From: Gnetum montanum
Taxonomy: Eukaryota > Plantae > Gnetophyta
Direction: 5' to 3'
NCBI GenBank assembly: GCA_015680685.1
Contig: MNCI01000852.1
Span: forward strand, 551,349-615,348
Length of the DNA: 64,000 nucleotides
Shown: piece by piece, positions 62,792-64,000 of the stretch
How the letters are laid out: every line of letters begins with the position of its first letter
How positions within the stretch are numbered: the first letter of the stretch is position 1
Notes under the pieces: model-generated
The model's database searches: none
What the model was told of the DNA's origin: nothing
Seen by the model: only the letters and a program-made list of their open reading frames with translations
Translations under genes and position numbers: made by a program

Positions 62792-63985
62792 TAGTCAAAG
62801 TGTAGTTGTGTGTGTGATAGTAGGTCAAGCGCTAAGCCCCCGAGTGATGTGGTGATGTGTTTGTGGGTGCTTGGATGCTAGGAGTCTTATGTGCCTGAGC
62901 ATCCAAGGTTCAAAGTTGCTCTTTCTTCAAAATTTTCGACCCCATTTAAGTGAATTGACAGGGTATTTATAGGGTTTGGCTGGGCTCGGGCATGAAATCT
63001 GTGGATGGAATCGACAGCTGAGAGATGAGAGAAAACAAGATCATGTGACATGTGTCTGGTAGACAGCTGTGTGTGAGTTGGTTGTGTGTAGGCAGGCTAC
63101 GTTCTTGACCAGGTGCATTGTATCTTACAACGTGTGGCTTACTCAAGCCCATGGAAGCACATACAATTTGGACAGTGAGGGCCTAACAAGCCCACAAATG
63201 AAGATTTACAAAGAAAATCAAGAGGGATCGACTCCAGCTCGCTTGAAACATCTTGGTTCCTAAATCGACTACTACAGGATGTCGATTTGAGTAGTTTTGT
63301 GGCCGTTTGAGGTGTTTCTATTCCACCAGGACTCCTAGCATGAATTGATATGGTCCTAGTGTGTCCTTAGCGTGCGTTTGGAGTGCTTTTGTCTAAGCAT
63401 GAATAGTGTTCACGTTGATGAATAGTATTTATGCTGATGAATAGTGGTCATGTTGTACTCATGCTGCAGTGTGTCCTCAGTGTGACCATTAGCGTGAGTG
63501 AGGAGAATGACATGTTTCACACTAATTTTTGAATTTTTGAAGCCTTTTTCTTGAAGTGTGGTGATTACCTTGATTGTGATTGACAAATTGAGTGTAAAAG
63601 TACCTTGTTTTGACCACTTTTGGGAAGGTCACGCTAGGCTCACGCTACAACGTGACCATAGCGTGACTTGCAACATGACCTGTAGAAACTTGACGCTGAA
63701 TGCTGAATGATGGAATCTTGACACTGGAAGCTGAACGCTAAACACTAAATGCTGGAATCTTGACGCTGGACACTGAATTCTGGAATTTTTAACTTCAAAA
63801 AATTGACCTCCATCTTTGACTTGATTTTGATGCTACTTGGAGTTGTTCATGCTAAGGGTGAGCAAATTTCCTTTAGCAGGCTGGGTGTGAGCTTAATGCC
63901 TTAGCCAAATTTTGCCTCCCGAAACTTCAAAAGGGCTTGGGTCGTTTTCATTTCAAAGTGCTAGGCCAAAATTAGTGGTGTTTCA
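62792..63985 (-). repeat. 5' LTR of C, missing ~355 bp of its U5 end and the PBS
   Basis: Aligns to 41060-42278 only; ends gtgtttca at 63985. Confidence 0.88.
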
Positions 63986-64000
63986 CTCAACTAGATCAAA

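Larger units (their letters stand above)
40705..63985 (-). mobile_element. C: non-autonomous Tat-like element (gag-PR only), containing D
   Basis: LTRs 40705-42278 and 62792-63985; PPT ttggaccctctttgttg 42279; gag-PR 62649-59900; 3' UTR split by D; degenerate TSD gttga / ctcaa. Confidence 0.85.

Overview
Plant heterochromatin-like window made almost entirely of nested, decayed LTR retrotransposons; no intact host gene is recognisable. 1-8276 holds AT-rich Copia and possible hAT remnants plus a probable solo LTR. Next come an Athila-like element without pol (A1, 8277-16598), a truncated minus-strand Tat-type LTR and a second Athila-like element (A2). Four Tat/Ogre/Retand-like elements are stacked inside A2: B1 (21751-) > B2 (35271-) > C (40705-63985, minus) > D (42746-58555, minus, TSD CTTCT). 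All four have TGAAAC-type LTR starts (decayed in some copies), and B1, B2 and D carry a tRNA-Asn PBS. Main finding: B1 and D each carry a homologous ~4.5 kb multi-exon ANTISENSE gene right after gag-protease (in B1, between protease and RT). It fuses an FCP1/SCP-type (NIF, HAD-fold) phosphatase-like exon lacking the catalytic Asp residues to a plant-transposon-protein-like domain, an acidic region and a probable coiled coil. The same elements carry clustered hairpin+TAAACT motifs and family-specific CpG motif arrays. One untested reading is a TE-encoded regulatory or anti-silencing factor with its cis sites, also used by non-autonomous relatives (D lacks RT/RH; C has only gag-PR). All domain calls come from manual motif recognition, not database searches.
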